Source of the DNA: Rhodospirillales bacterium
Lineage (GTDB): Bacteria > Pseudomonadota > Alphaproteobacteria > Rhodospirillales > Defluviicoccaceae
Reading direction: 5' to 3'
Length of the DNA stretch: 56,389 nt
Assembly (NCBI GenBank): GCA_038250645.1
Contig: JBBSCD010000001.1
Location: 1-56,389 of the forward strand
Shown here: in pieces, positions 21,329 to 30,072 of the stretch
Position numbering within the stretch: the stretch's first letter is position 1
How the letters are laid out: every line of letters starts with the position of its first letter
Position numbers and translations under genes: made by a program
The notes under the pieces: model-generated
The model's input: only the letters and a program-made list of their open reading frames with translations
Told to the model about the DNA's origin: nothing
Database searches by the model: none

Positions 21329-23401
21329 TCAGTCGACTGCGCCGGCGTCATCATCGCGACCGCCGCCGCCATCGTCCGCGTCGTCTTCGGCCGGACTATC
21401 CTCGAGTGCAGCGTCGGGATCGGCGATCGCCTCCGCCGCCCGCACCGTTCTGACCTCGCCGAGACGGGCTCCCGGAAAGGCGGCGAGGACGGCCCGGACC
21501 AGCGGCTCGGCCTCGACGAGGCGGCGGCGATCGGCGTCCTGTTTGCGGCGATGCTCGAGGATGGTCGGCTCGCCCTCCTCGCGGGAGACGGCGACAAGCC
21601 ACGGCTGGCCGGTCTGGCGGGTGAGGAACTCGCGCAGGCGGCGGACGAGATCTCCGGGTACGGCGCCGGTGGGGCGAATTTCGATGTGACCCGGCTCGAA
21701 GCGAACGAGATGAACGTCGGCGATGAGCTGCCCGTAGAGGATGGCTTCGCGTTCCTCGCGCGCCAGTGCGACGACCGCGGAGAAGTTCGCAAGGGCGGTG
21801 CCGGCCGGAGCGGCGGCCGTCTCTTCGTTGCCCGGTTCGCTGTCGACCGGCGGCGCCGCCTTCGGCACAGCGACGACCGGTGCGACCGCCGTGGCCGGCG
21901 CTCCCTGCGCGGCCGGACGGGGAGCCGGCTGAGCCGACGACGCCGGCTGCATCGACGGCTCGCGCGAGCACGCGCGTCGATCGCCGGGATCCGGAGCGCC
22001 CGCCGGCGGAGCAGCGCGGGCCTCGGCGCCCGGCGTCGCGGGTGCTGCCTTGGCGCCACCGCCCGTCCCGGAACCGCTTGCGCCGCCACGTCCGTCCTGC
22101 GTCCGGCGGAGCGCCTCGGCCGGTGTCGGCAAGCCGGCGGCATAGGCGATCCGGATCAGGACCATCTCCGCGGCCTGCACCGGCGCGGGCGCGGTACGCA
22201 CTTCGCCCAGCCCCTTCAGCAGCATCTGCCACAGCCGCGTCGCCTCGCCCATGGCCAGCCGCTCGGCCATCTCCCGGCCGCGGACCCGCTCGGCTTCCGG
22301 CACGCCGGCGGCTTCGGCGCAGTGCGGCACGACCTTGATCCGCGTCAGCCAGTGGGTGAGCTCGAGCAGGTCCGTCAGGATCTCGATGGGATCGGCGCCG
22401 GCGCGGTACTGGGCAGTGAGCAGATCGAGCGCGCCGGCCGTGTCGCCACGAACGGCGGCGTCGAGAAGGTCGAACGTGACCGAGCGATCTGCAAGGCCGA
22501 GCATGCGGCGGACGTCGTCATCTCCGACGGTGCCTTCGCCGTGGGCAATTGCCTGATCGAGCAGCGACAGGCCGTCGCGGACGCTGCCGTCGGCGGCCCG
22601 CGCGATCAGATGCAGTGCCGGCGCCGACGCCTCGACGCCCTCGCGCCGGGCGATGTCGCCGAGGTGCGCAACGAGCACGTCCGCGTCGATCCGGCGCAGG
22701 TCGAAGCGCTGACAGCGCGACAGCACGGTGACCGGAACCTTGCGGATTTCGGTGGTCGCGAAGACGAAGCGGACATGCTCGGGCGGCTCCTCCAGGGTCT
22801 TCAGTAGCGCGTTGAAGGCGTTGCGCGAGAGCATATGGACTTCGTCGATGATGTAGATCTTGTAGCGCGCCGAGGTCGGGCGGTAGCGGGTCCCGTCGAG
22901 GAGCTCACGGATTTCGTCGACGCCGGTCCGACTGGCCGCGTCCATCTCGATCACGTCCATGTGCCGATCGGCGGTGATCGCGACGCAATGAGAGCAGACG
23001 CCGCAGGGAGCCACAGTGGGCCCGCCCGAGCCGTCGGCGCCGACGCAGTTGAGTGCGCGGGCAATGATGCGGGCGGTGGTCGTCTTGCCGATCCCACGCA
23101 CCCCGGACAGCATGAAGGCATGGGCCAGCCTGCCCGTGGCCAGCGCGTTTGTCAGCGTCCGGACCATCGCCTCCTGGCCGATAAGGTCGGCGAAGGTGGC
23201 GGGGCGGTACTTCCGGGCGAGGACTCTGTAACCATCCGCCACCCCGCCAGCCGGAAGCCCGGCCGCAGCGCCCGCTACGACTGGATCGGCGGCGGCCGGC
23301 TCGGCCCCTCTCGGGCTGTCGTTCAGCGCATCGCTCGGCGGCAAGTCGTATCCCAAGCGCCGGCCGGCTGGCTTGGCGCCGTCTCGAGTGGGTCGCAACA
23401 T
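21329..23401 (-). CDS. dnaX: DNA polymerase III subunits gamma/tau
   Basis: Walker A GVRGIGKTTTARI, zinc module CGVCSHCVAI, IIDEVHML, SRCQRF, and a long Ala/Pro-rich linker before the tau C-terminal domains. Confidence 0.95.
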   Translation of the reverse strand: MLRPTRDGAKPAGRRLGYDLPPSDALNDSPRGAEPAAADPVVAGAAAGLPAGGVADGYRVLARKYRPATFADLIGQEAMVRTLTNALATGRLAHAFMLSGVRGIGKTTTARIIARALNCVGADGSGGPTVAPCGVCSHCVAITADRHMDVIEMDAASRTGVDEIRELLDGTRYRPTSARYKIYIIDEVHMLSRNAFNALLKTLEEPPEHVRFVFATTEIRKVPVTVLSRCQRFDLRRIDADVLVAHLGDIARREGVEASAPALHLIARAADGSVRDGLSLLDQAIAHGEGTVGDDDVRRMLGLADRSVTFDLLDAAVRGDTAGALDLLTAQYRAGADPIEILTDLLELTHWLTRIKVVPHCAEAAGVPEAERVRGREMAERLAMGEATRLWQMLLKGLGEVRTAPAPVQAAEMVLIRIAYAAGLPTPAEALRRTQDGRGGASGSGTGGGAKAAPATPGAEARAAPPAGAPDPGDRRACSREPSMQPASSAQPAPRPAAQGAPATAVAPVVAVPKAAPPVDSEPGNEETAAAPAGTALANFSAVVALAREEREAILYGQLIADVHLVRFEPGHIEIRPTGAVPGDLVRRLREFLTRQTGQPWLVAVSREEGEPTILEHRRKQDADRRRLVEAEPLVRAVLAAFPGARLGEVRTVRAAEAIADPDAALEDSPAEDDADDGGGGRDDDAGAVD

Positions 23402-23408
23402 ACGTACT

Positions 23409-23505
23409 GGGAGACTGGACGAACGACCCGGGCCGAAACTCGTTACGGCTGCTTCCTTCCGGATCTGACCGGATTGGCGAGGGGCCCGTCCGCCGCCAGC
23501 CTCCC
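23409..23505 (-). ncRNA. ffs: signal recognition particle RNA (4.5S, small bacterial type)
   Basis: The minus strand reads GGGAGGCUGGCGGCGGACG...GGUCAGAUCCGGAAGGAAGCAGCC...CGUUCGUCCAGUCUCCC. It contains the conserved domain IV motif GGUCAG-UCCGGAAGGAAGCAGCC. The 5' and 3' ends pair into one long hairpin. A TATAGT -10-like hexamer lies 6 nt upstream, and the position upstream of dnaX is the usual synteny. Confidence 0.85.
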
Positions 23506-23650
23506 AGCACCACTATATCAGCCGCAGGCCGGCGGGAGGCAAGGTCTTTGCCGCATGGCCGGTGTAGCAAGGGCGAGCGGGCGCAGCCAGGGCGCAAGAG
23601 ATCATGCCCAATGTTATGACCGGGCCGGGCATTGCCGTTAAGCTGGCGCT

Positions 23651-24637
23651 ATGTCAGGCTCTCAGGCGATGAAGAACCTGCACTACACCGGAGTGCCGCT
23701 CGACCGCGGCGAAGCGTTTCGCCGCGACGGGGCCTGGCTGCGCGTCAGGCTGGCCGATGCGCGCAGCCGCATCTTTCCGCTTTGGCGCGAACACAACCTC
23801 ATCGCCGCCGGCGCGGTCCCAAAGGCGGCGGCCTTGCGGTCCGAAGAGAACCTGCTCTTCTCTGCCGATGTCGTCGTGTTCCTCGGCGTCGACGAAGCCG
23901 GGCGCGCCTGTTTCGCCGCCGATCTCTCGAGCGTCGACAAGCCGGCGCTTGAAGCTTTGGTAGGCGAGGCCCGGTTCATCACCCTGCGCCGGGTGGGCGC
24001 GCTGATGGACCGCGGCGACGGCGCCATTCTGGCCATGGCCCGCGCCATGATCCTCTGGCACAGCCGACACCGCTTCTGCGGCGTCTGTGGCGCGCCGACC
24101 GAGAGCCGGGAGGGCGGCCACGTCCGCGCCTGTATCGCAACCGAGTGCGGCGGCCTGCATTTTCCGCGGACGGATCCGGCGGTCATCATGCTGGTGACGC
24201 GCCGGGAAAGCGATGGCGACCGGTGCCTGCTGGCCCGCCAGGCCCGTTGGCCGACGGGCATGATGTCGACCCTGGCGGGCTTCGTCGAGCCGGGCGAAAG
24301 CCTGGAGGAAGCGGTTCTGCGCGAGGTCGAGGAAGAAACTGGCATCCGGATTGCTAACGCCCTTTATCGAGGCTCGCAGCCGTGGCCCTTTCCGTCGTCA
24401 CTGATGCTGGGCTTTCGTGCCGAAGCGGTCGGCGGCGTCGAGCCTCGGGTGAATGCTGCGGAGCTGGAGGATGCCCGCTGGTTCAGCCGTGACGACATCC
24501 GCGCTCGCCGCTCGACCGGGCTCATTCTTCCGGGGCGGGATTCCATCGCGCGACGGCTGATCGACGACTGGGTGAGCGAAGACGAGGGGGGAAGGACGGC
24601 GCAGACGGAGGAGGCGCAACCGTGCCCGGCATTGTGA
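23651..24637 (+). CDS. nudC: NAD(+) diphosphatase (NADH pyrophosphatase, Nudix)
   Basis: Zinc ribbon CGVCGAP...C..ECG, Nudix box GFVEPGESLEEAVLREVEEETGI, and the NudC-specific SQPWPFPSSLM. Confidence 0.85.
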   Translation: MSGSQAMKNLHYTGVPLDRGEAFRRDGAWLRVRLADARSRIFPLWREHNLIAAGAVPKAAALRSEENLLFSADVVVFLGVDEAGRACFAADLSSVDKPALEALVGEARFITLRRVGALMDRGDGAILAMARAMILWHSRHRFCGVCGAPTESREGGHVRACIATECGGLHFPRTDPAVIMLVTRRESDGDRCLLARQARWPTGMMSTLAGFVEPGESLEEAVLREVEEETGIRIANALYRGSQPWPFPSSLMLGFRAEAVGGVEPRVNAAELEDARWFSRDDIRARRSTGLILPGRDSIARRLIDDWVSEDEGGRTAQTEEAQPCPAL

Positions 24638-25179
24638 TGATCAGAGACGCGAGGATCGGCGATGCCGACGGCATGGCCGCGGTGTACGTTGATGCGTGGC
24701 GGACGACCTATCCCGGGATGGTCCCCGACAAGGTTCTGGTCCGGATGTCGAAACGCGATCAGGCGCTGCAGTGGGCCCATGCCATTGCTGCTCGCCCGCA
24801 AATCGATGCGATCATCGTCGCCGAACTGGGGCGTCACGGGATCATCGGCTTCGGGAGCTGCGGACCGGCGCGGCGGACCATCCTGCCTCAGGCCGCGGAG
24901 ATCTACACGCTTTATGTCCGTCCCGGCTACCAGGACCGTGGGCTCGGCCGCCAGCTCCTGAACCGGCTGTTCGAACGGTTGACCGAGAATGAACTGCCGT
25001 CGGCCGTCGTCTGGGTTCTGAGCGCCAATCCGGCCCGTTACTTCTACGAGGCAATGGGCGGGCGGCGCGTCGCCGAACGTAAGGAGCGCCTGTGGGGCTG
25101 CGACCTGCCGCAGACCGCGTACGGCTGGGCCGATGTGCGCACCGCCAGCGTTCCCAGGCGAAGCGCGCGCGAGCAATAG
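24637..25179 (+). CDS. GNAT-family N-acetyltransferase
   Basis: MIRDARIGDADGMAAVY...LYVRPGYQDRGLGRQLL is the acetyl-CoA binding Q/RxxGxG motif. The ATG overlaps the nudC stop (TGATGA); the ORF also opens at GTG 24622. Confidence 0.8.
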   Translation: MIRDARIGDADGMAAVYVDAWRTTYPGMVPDKVLVRMSKRDQALQWAHAIAARPQIDAIIVAELGRHGIIGFGSCGPARRTILPQAAEIYTLYVRPGYQDRGLGRQLLNRLFERLTENELPSAVVWVLSANPARYFYEAMGGRRVAERKERLWGCDLPQTAYGWADVRTASVPRRSAREQ

Positions 25180-25565
25180 CCGACGAGTGGTTCGACGGGT
25201 GGTTGGGGCGGACCCATGTGCCTATCCGACAGCTGAAAAGAACAGGCATAGATCCGCTGGGTCCTGCGAGGCGAGGGGGAGAGGCGGCAGAAGCGGACGG
25301 CTCGTCGCAAGGGCCTTGGCAAACCAGGGGCCTTACCAAACCGTAATTTGCGCGCACCGATACCGCATGCGATGGATTCCGATGTGGCCCGTTTTTCGGG
25401 TATAGTCGGATTGGGCTTTGATAGCTCACGGGTTGAGCGACGTGCGCTACCGACATCTCGCCGTGAAGAGCGGACAGTTCTGGCTCGTCATCTCTAACCG
25501 CTCGTTAAGCGGTCGCTGCGCATCATCAGTGCAAGCTTGGTAGAAAGTCGTATCCGACCCGTCTC

Positions 25566-26684
25566 ATGGACAGCGCCGATCCGTCTCAGGCAGCGACTTC
25601 GCAACCGCGCCAGCCGAACATCACGCGCAGAATGTCGCGGCGGTGGCTTCCGGGGCGACCTCGGCGGTTCCTCTGCGCCGCTGCATGGATGCCTGTTCTG
25701 GCCCTGGCGGGCGCCGCGGGCGCACGGGTGTTCAATCTGCAGTTCTGGCCGGTCGAGCTTCTCTGGCATTTCACCGAGACATTCTTTTTCCTTAGCGTCG
25801 CCCTGAGCCTGGTCCTGCTCGCGCTCAGCTTCTACATCCCGGCCGCGGCGGCGGCGGTGCTGGCGGTGTTCTTCGGCTTTGCGGCCGGCAACGTGCCGGG
25901 CGGGGCCGCGCCGCATTCCCAGTCGATACTGCCGGCGGCGCAGGCCTATGCCGGCGAGGCGAGGGAGCCCGCCGAAGCCGGGTTCCGCCTGGTGACCCAC
26001 AATCTCTATGTCCGCAACAACCGCCGCGACGATCTGGCGGCGTGGCTGCGTCGTCAGGACGCCGACGTCATCGTCATGCAGGAGGTTGACATGGACATGG
26101 CGGCGGTGATGCAGGCCGCCGTCGATCGCTACCCGCACCAGTTCTTCGGCTGGCCGAAAAACTGGGTCGAGCGCCCGGAGCTGCGCCGCCTTCTCAACGG
26201 CCTGGCGATCCTGTCGCGCTATCCGTTGGAGGACGGGTCCGTATTTCGCCAGACGCGCTGGAACGCCCCGGCCGCGACCGCGCGGCTGATGCTGCCGGGG
26301 GGCGCGCAGGTGCGACTGGTCGTGGTCCACACGATGAACCCGATCCGCCGCTCCGGCCTGCGCGCCCGCAACGCGCTGATGACGGCGCTCGCAGAGGAAC
26401 TGAAGGCCTACGCCGGCCCGCTCATTGTCGCCGGCGACTTCAACGCGACGCCGTACACGCCAGCCTTCGCCCAATTCCTGAAAGCCGCCAATCTGACCAC
26501 GAACCGGGGCTATCCCGGGACCTATCCGCAGTTCGCCGGCGCCTTCGGCCTGCCGATCGACCATGTGCTGGTGCGAGACGCACGGATCGCCGATATCGAG
26601 GCGCTGGACGCGTTCGGCTCCGATCACCGGCCGCTGCGCGCCGACCTGATCATCCCTGCCGCCGCGGACCCAGCCGGCGGATAA
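25566..26684 (+). CDS. endonuclease/exonuclease/phosphatase (EEP) family protein with N-terminal membrane helices
   Basis: LVTHNLYV, DVIVMQEVD, GDFNATP and the terminal GSDHRPL are EEP catalytic blocks. Two or three hydrophobic helices precede the domain. The start is uncertain (25566 or 25632). Confidence 0.75.
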   Translation: MDSADPSQAATSQPRQPNITRRMSRRWLPGRPRRFLCAAAWMPVLALAGAAGARVFNLQFWPVELLWHFTETFFFLSVALSLVLLALSFYIPAAAAAVLAVFFGFAAGNVPGGAAPHSQSILPAAQAYAGEAREPAEAGFRLVTHNLYVRNNRRDDLAAWLRRQDADVIVMQEVDMDMAAVMQAAVDRYPHQFFGWPKNWVERPELRRLLNGLAILSRYPLEDGSVFRQTRWNAPAATARLMLPGGAQVRLVVVHTMNPIRRSGLRARNALMTALAEELKAYAGPLIVAGDFNATPYTPAFAQFLKAANLTTNRGYPGTYPQFAGAFGLPIDHVLVRDARIADIEALDAFGSDHRPLRADLIIPAAADPAGG

Positions 26685-26723
26685 GGGCACGGTAACGCCG
26701 TCTCGCGGGACCGGCTTCGGCGG

Positions 26724-27128
26724 TTATTCCGCGGCGGCGCGGCGGGCGGGCAGGGGCCTGTTGCCGGCGTCGACGTAGACGTTGCGCGGCCGCCACGACC
26801 GAGCCGCCTCCGCCGGGATGGTGACGTAGGCGGCGATGATGATGATGTCGCCGGTGCCGGCGAGATGCGCGGCCGCGCCATTGATGCAGACGCAGCCACT
26901 GTATGCCTCGCCTTCGATGACATAGGTCTCGAAGCGGGCGCCGCTGCTGACGTTGTAGATCTGCACCTGCTGGAAGGCGACGAGCCCCGCCAGATCCATG
27001 AGCCGGCGGTCGATGGTGATGCTGCCCTCGTAGTGGAGGTTCGCGTCGGTCACCGTCGCGCGGTGAATCTTCGCCAGCAGCATCGGCACCTGAACCCCCA
27101 CGGCGGCCTGCTCCGAATTATCTTTCAT
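26724..27128 (-). CDS. panD: aspartate 1-decarboxylase
   Basis: KIHRATVTDANLHYEGSITID contains the self-cleaving G-S site, and NGAAAH and IIIAAY are present. It is closely colinear with E. coli PanD. An alternative start is at 27083. Confidence 0.93.
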   Translation of the reverse strand: MKDNSEQAAVGVQVPMLLAKIHRATVTDANLHYEGSITIDRRLMDLAGLVAFQQVQIYNVSSGARFETYVIEGEAYSGCVCINGAAAHLAGTGDIIIIAAYVTIPAEAARSWRPRNVYVDAGNRPLPARRAAAE

Positions 27129-27199
27129 GGTGTTGAAAGCTCCACTTAATGCGTCACTGTAATAATCTGCCGGATCGTGCTGTCTCCGCGGAGCGCAGG

Positions 27200-27688
27200 C
27201 TATTCTCGCCGCGACCCCTGTTTCGGACAGTCGCCCAGCCGCTTCGCGCTCAGGAACTCCCGGTCGCCGGTCTTGGCAAGGACGCCTTCGTTTTCGACCG
27301 AAACTTCGTAAGCCGTGGCGCTCTTGATCACAGCCACGCTGCGCGATGTTCCCTTGCCGACGTTCGCCAGGTCACACTGCGCGACCGTTTCGAAGCGATC
27401 GGCTGAGACCTTCCGGGTCGTCATCTTGCAGCCGGCGCGCTTCGACGCCTCGTGCTGCTTCTTCCATTCGCTCACCGGATCGACGCACACCTGGCGCTCG
27501 ATGGTCGTCGGCTTGCTTGCCGCGTGCAGCGTCCGGGTGAACTGCCACAGGCCGGGCGTCAGGGTCGGCCACTCGACATCTGCGGCGGACGCCGCGGTCG
27601 CGGCTGCGAAGCCGACCATAACGGTCACGACGATCCTGCTGCAGATGCGCCGTGCGGCGCCGGCGAGGACGGCGGTCGATGCGGCCAT
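27200..27688 (-). CDS. secreted hypothetical protein (DUF3617-like)
   Basis: The ATG at 27688 is preceded by GGAGA. The signal peptide ends AASAADV, and four Cys residues and a PGLWQFT motif resemble my recollection of DUF3617. The long upstream extension of the ORF (to 28033) is antisense to the TauE gene. Confidence 0.55.
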   Translation of the reverse strand: MAASTAVLAGAARRICSRIVVTVMVGFAAATAASAADVEWPTLTPGLWQFTRTLHAASKPTTIERQVCVDPVSEWKKQHEASKRAGCKMTTRKVSADRFETVAQCDLANVGKGTSRSVAVIKSATAYEVSVENEGVLAKTGDREFLSAKRLGDCPKQGSRRE

Positions 27689-27767
27689 TTTTGTCTCCGT
27701 GCTTGTCCGGCGAGAGGTTATGCCGCAAAAGGCCCAGATTGTTAATGGCGAACCGGCCGTCGCGGAC

Positions 27768-27803
27768 GATTGGGCAGAGGATCGGGCAGAGGATTGGGCA
27801 TGG
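27768..27803 (+). repeat. three tandem copies of a 12-mer GAT(T/C)GGGCA(G/T)(A/G)G spanning the TauE start codon
   Basis: Read directly as gattgggcagag gatcgggcagag gattgggcatgg. It lies in the divergent intergenic region between the DUF3617-like and TauE-like genes. Confidence 0.85.
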
Positions 27804-28624
27804 GATACGACACCGCCGAGCTGGCCACCATGGCCGCGGCGCTTCTGGCCGCCGGGATCGGCGCCGGCCTGCTTGCCGGGATGCTCGGGGTCGGCGGCGG
27901 CATCGTCGTCGTCCCGGTCCTGTACCATCTGTTCAGTCTGCTCGGCATTCCCGAAGACGTGCGGATGCATGTTGCCGTCGGAACCTCGCTCGCGACCATC
28001 ATCCCGACCTCCATCTCTTCGGCGCGCGCGCACGCCTCACGCGGCGCGGTGGATATGGACCTGCTCCGCGCCCTCGGCCCCGCCGTCTTCTTCGGCACGC
28101 TCATGGGCGCAGGGGTCGCCGGGATGCTTCGCGGCGACGTTCTCAGTGCGGTTTTCGCGGTGGTCGCGCTGGCGGTGGCGGCGAACATGGCTTTCGGGAT
28201 GGAAGGGGTCGCGCTTCGCGCTGGCCTGCCCGGAGGCTGGCGCACGCTTACCATCGGCGGGCTGATCGGCGGCATTTCGGCGATGATGGGGATCGGCGGC
28301 GGCTCGCTGACGGTGCCGGTGCTCAGCGCCTGCCAGTACCCGATCCGCAAAGCCGTGGGCACGGCCGCGGCCGTAGGGCTGATCATCGCCGTGCCGGGAG
28401 CGCTCGGTTTCATTGCCACCGGCTGGGGCGTGGACGGTCTTCCGCCCGGCTCCCTCGGCTACGTCAACCTGATCGGCTTCGCTCTGGTCGTGCCGACGAC
28501 GATGCTGGCGGCGCCATGGGGCGCACGGCTCGCCCACGCGGTCCGGCCGCAGCTCCTGCGCCGCGCGTTCGCCGCGTTCCTTTGCCTGACCGCGCTTAGG
28601 ATGATCTACGGGCTGATCAGCTGA
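27800..28624 (+). CDS. TauE/SafE (DUF81) family anion exporter
   Basis: A polytopic membrane protein with the duplicated GxxGxGGG motif (GMLGVGGGIVVVP and MMGIGGGSLTVP). The ATG at 27800 is taken as the start. Confidence 0.85.
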   Translation: MGYDTAELATMAAALLAAGIGAGLLAGMLGVGGGIVVVPVLYHLFSLLGIPEDVRMHVAVGTSLATIIPTSISSARAHASRGAVDMDLLRALGPAVFFGTLMGAGVAGMLRGDVLSAVFAVVALAVAANMAFGMEGVALRAGLPGGWRTLTIGGLIGGISAMMGIGGGSLTVPVLSACQYPIRKAVGTAAAVGLIIAVPGALGFIATGWGVDGLPPGSLGYVNLIGFALVVPTTMLAAPWGARLAHAVRPQLLRRAFAAFLCLTALRMIYGLIS

Positions 28625-28652
28625 CGCCGCCGGTTTCTGCGCCCCCCGCCGG

Positions 28653-29240
28653 TTAGCGATCCAGCTCGTTTTCGAGAGCGGTTTCGATGCGGCGGTCCGG
28701 CACGATCCAGATGATTGCGACGACGACATAAATTACGCACGCCGCCCAGGGCAGTACGAACGCGACCAGCACCGCCATCGCGTAGAACACCGGTGAAAAC
28801 CGGCCTTTCCAGTCGCCCTGCATGGCCACCCGTACCGGCGCATCGGCGGGGCTCTGACGCAGAACACGGGACTGGAGAATTGCATAGGCGACCGCGGCCA
28901 TGAAAAGCACGACGCCGTACAAGGCGACCGGCAGGGACGCCAGGCGGTTTTCGCCCAACCAGCCGGTGGTGAAAGGGATTAGCGAAAGCCAGAACAGCAG
29001 ATGCAGGTTTGCCCACAACAAGCGGCCGTCGACGCGCTTGCAGGCATGCATGAGGTGATGGTGGTTGTTCCAGTAGATGCCGACATACAGAAAGCTGAGG
29101 ACGTAGCTGAGAAACACCGGCAGGACAGGCTCCAGCGCGGCAAGATCAACCCCCTCGGGCACCTTCAGCTCAAGGACCATGATGGTAATGATGATGGCGA
29201 GCACGCCGTCGCTGAACCCTGCGATCCGTCCAGTCGTCAT
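28653..29240 (-). CDS. TMEM175 (DUF1211) family potassium-channel-like membrane protein
   Basis: N-terminal RIAGFSDGVLAIIITIMVLEL is the family signature RxxxFSDGVxAIxxT, followed by about six hydrophobic helices. Confidence 0.8.
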   Translation of the reverse strand: MTTGRIAGFSDGVLAIIITIMVLELKVPEGVDLAALEPVLPVFLSYVLSFLYVGIYWNNHHHLMHACKRVDGRLLWANLHLLFWLSLIPFTTGWLGENRLASLPVALYGVVLFMAAVAYAILQSRVLRQSPADAPVRVAMQGDWKGRFSPVFYAMAVLVAFVLPWAACVIYVVVAIIWIVPDRRIETALENELDR

Positions 29241-29451
29241 GACATGAACCCAGCTCGTCGCGGGCGGCCTGAGCTTAATACTTAGATAAAATAAACGTGC
29301 TTTATTTCAGGATTATCATCACGCGAATTCACTAATCTCGCTTGAACCTGTTACCAAAACCCATCCTTATCGCTTCGTTACAATCTAGATCGCGGTGATA
29401 ATGCCTATACGAACTACCTGCGATAAATATCTGCCTGATTTGCAACTCTAT

Positions 29452-30072
29452 TTACACCATAAATCGAGCTAGAGCGACTGGGCCGCAAATACGCTTTATT
29501 GACTGTTCACCATCTGGTTCCCTGGAACAATAAAAACATGGTTCTATAGATAGAACGCCCATAGCATGACTGTCGAGAATGTGACGTTCAAGCGCGCCAA
29601 TGTTTTTCCAGCCTTTGTATCCAACAACATAGTGGGGGACCTGTTCGGATGGTTTGCCGATTACAGCCACGATATCCTTATAATGGCGCTTAAGCTGGCC
29701 CAAACGCGACGCGGACTCCTTGAACTGCGCCCATTGTTTTCTGAGATCAGATTTCACTTCAACTACTGCAGCAACTCCTTCCGCCAAGTATAGCCTGGGA
29801 TGCAGGCCGCTTACGAGCGGGAAGCTTATCGACGGCGTACGCTCGATAACGATATCCATCTGGCCGCTTGTCTTGCCTGAAGAGTCGAGGATATCGCCGC
29901 AGCCAATTCTGAATGGCGGCGCAATTACATTTCCCAAAAGGGCGGTCGCAACTGCCTCTCGTTCATATCCAACGGTCGCGCTGGATAAACCATGGCCGCC
30001 TGAGCGCACTACGCGGAGAAGATCCACAAGCGATTGCAGCCTTTCCTTAAGAAGTTGAGGGCACTGGCTCAT
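29452..30072 (-). CDS. DUF6602-like protein with a PD-(D/E)xK-type nuclease motif; lone gene of an AT-rich islet
   Basis: 206-aa ORF in markedly AT-rich DNA. GYEREAV...SSGKTSGQMDIVIE...(about 30 aa)...AAVVEVKSDL gives a D...E-x-K arrangement. The overall layout matches my recollection of DUF6602. Confidence 0.6.
   Translation of the reverse strand: MSQCPQLLKERLQSLVDLLRVVRSGGHGLSSATVGYEREAVATALLGNVIAPPFRIGCGDILDSSGKTSGQMDIVIERTPSISFPLVSGLHPRLYLAEGVAAVVEVKSDLRKQWAQFKESASRLGQLKRHYKDIVAVIGKPSEQVPHYVVGYKGWKNIGALERHILDSHAMGVLSIEPCFYCSREPDGEQSIKRICGPVALARFMV

Noticed and set aside
20734-22807. Several overlapping ORFs (20734..22143 -, 21396..22232 -, 21551..22807 +, 20832..21689 +) across the CYTH and dnaX genes
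   Set aside because: These are alternate or antisense frames of dnaX and the CYTH gene. Their extreme Arg/Pro/Ser/Gly composition shows no protein-like pattern. The dnaX frame carries the clamp-loader motifs.
21329-23401. Programmed -1 frameshift site in dnaX (gamma subunit production as in E. coli)
   Set aside because: I did not see an A-AAA-AAG-type slippery heptamer in the gene, so nothing supports such a site from sequence alone.
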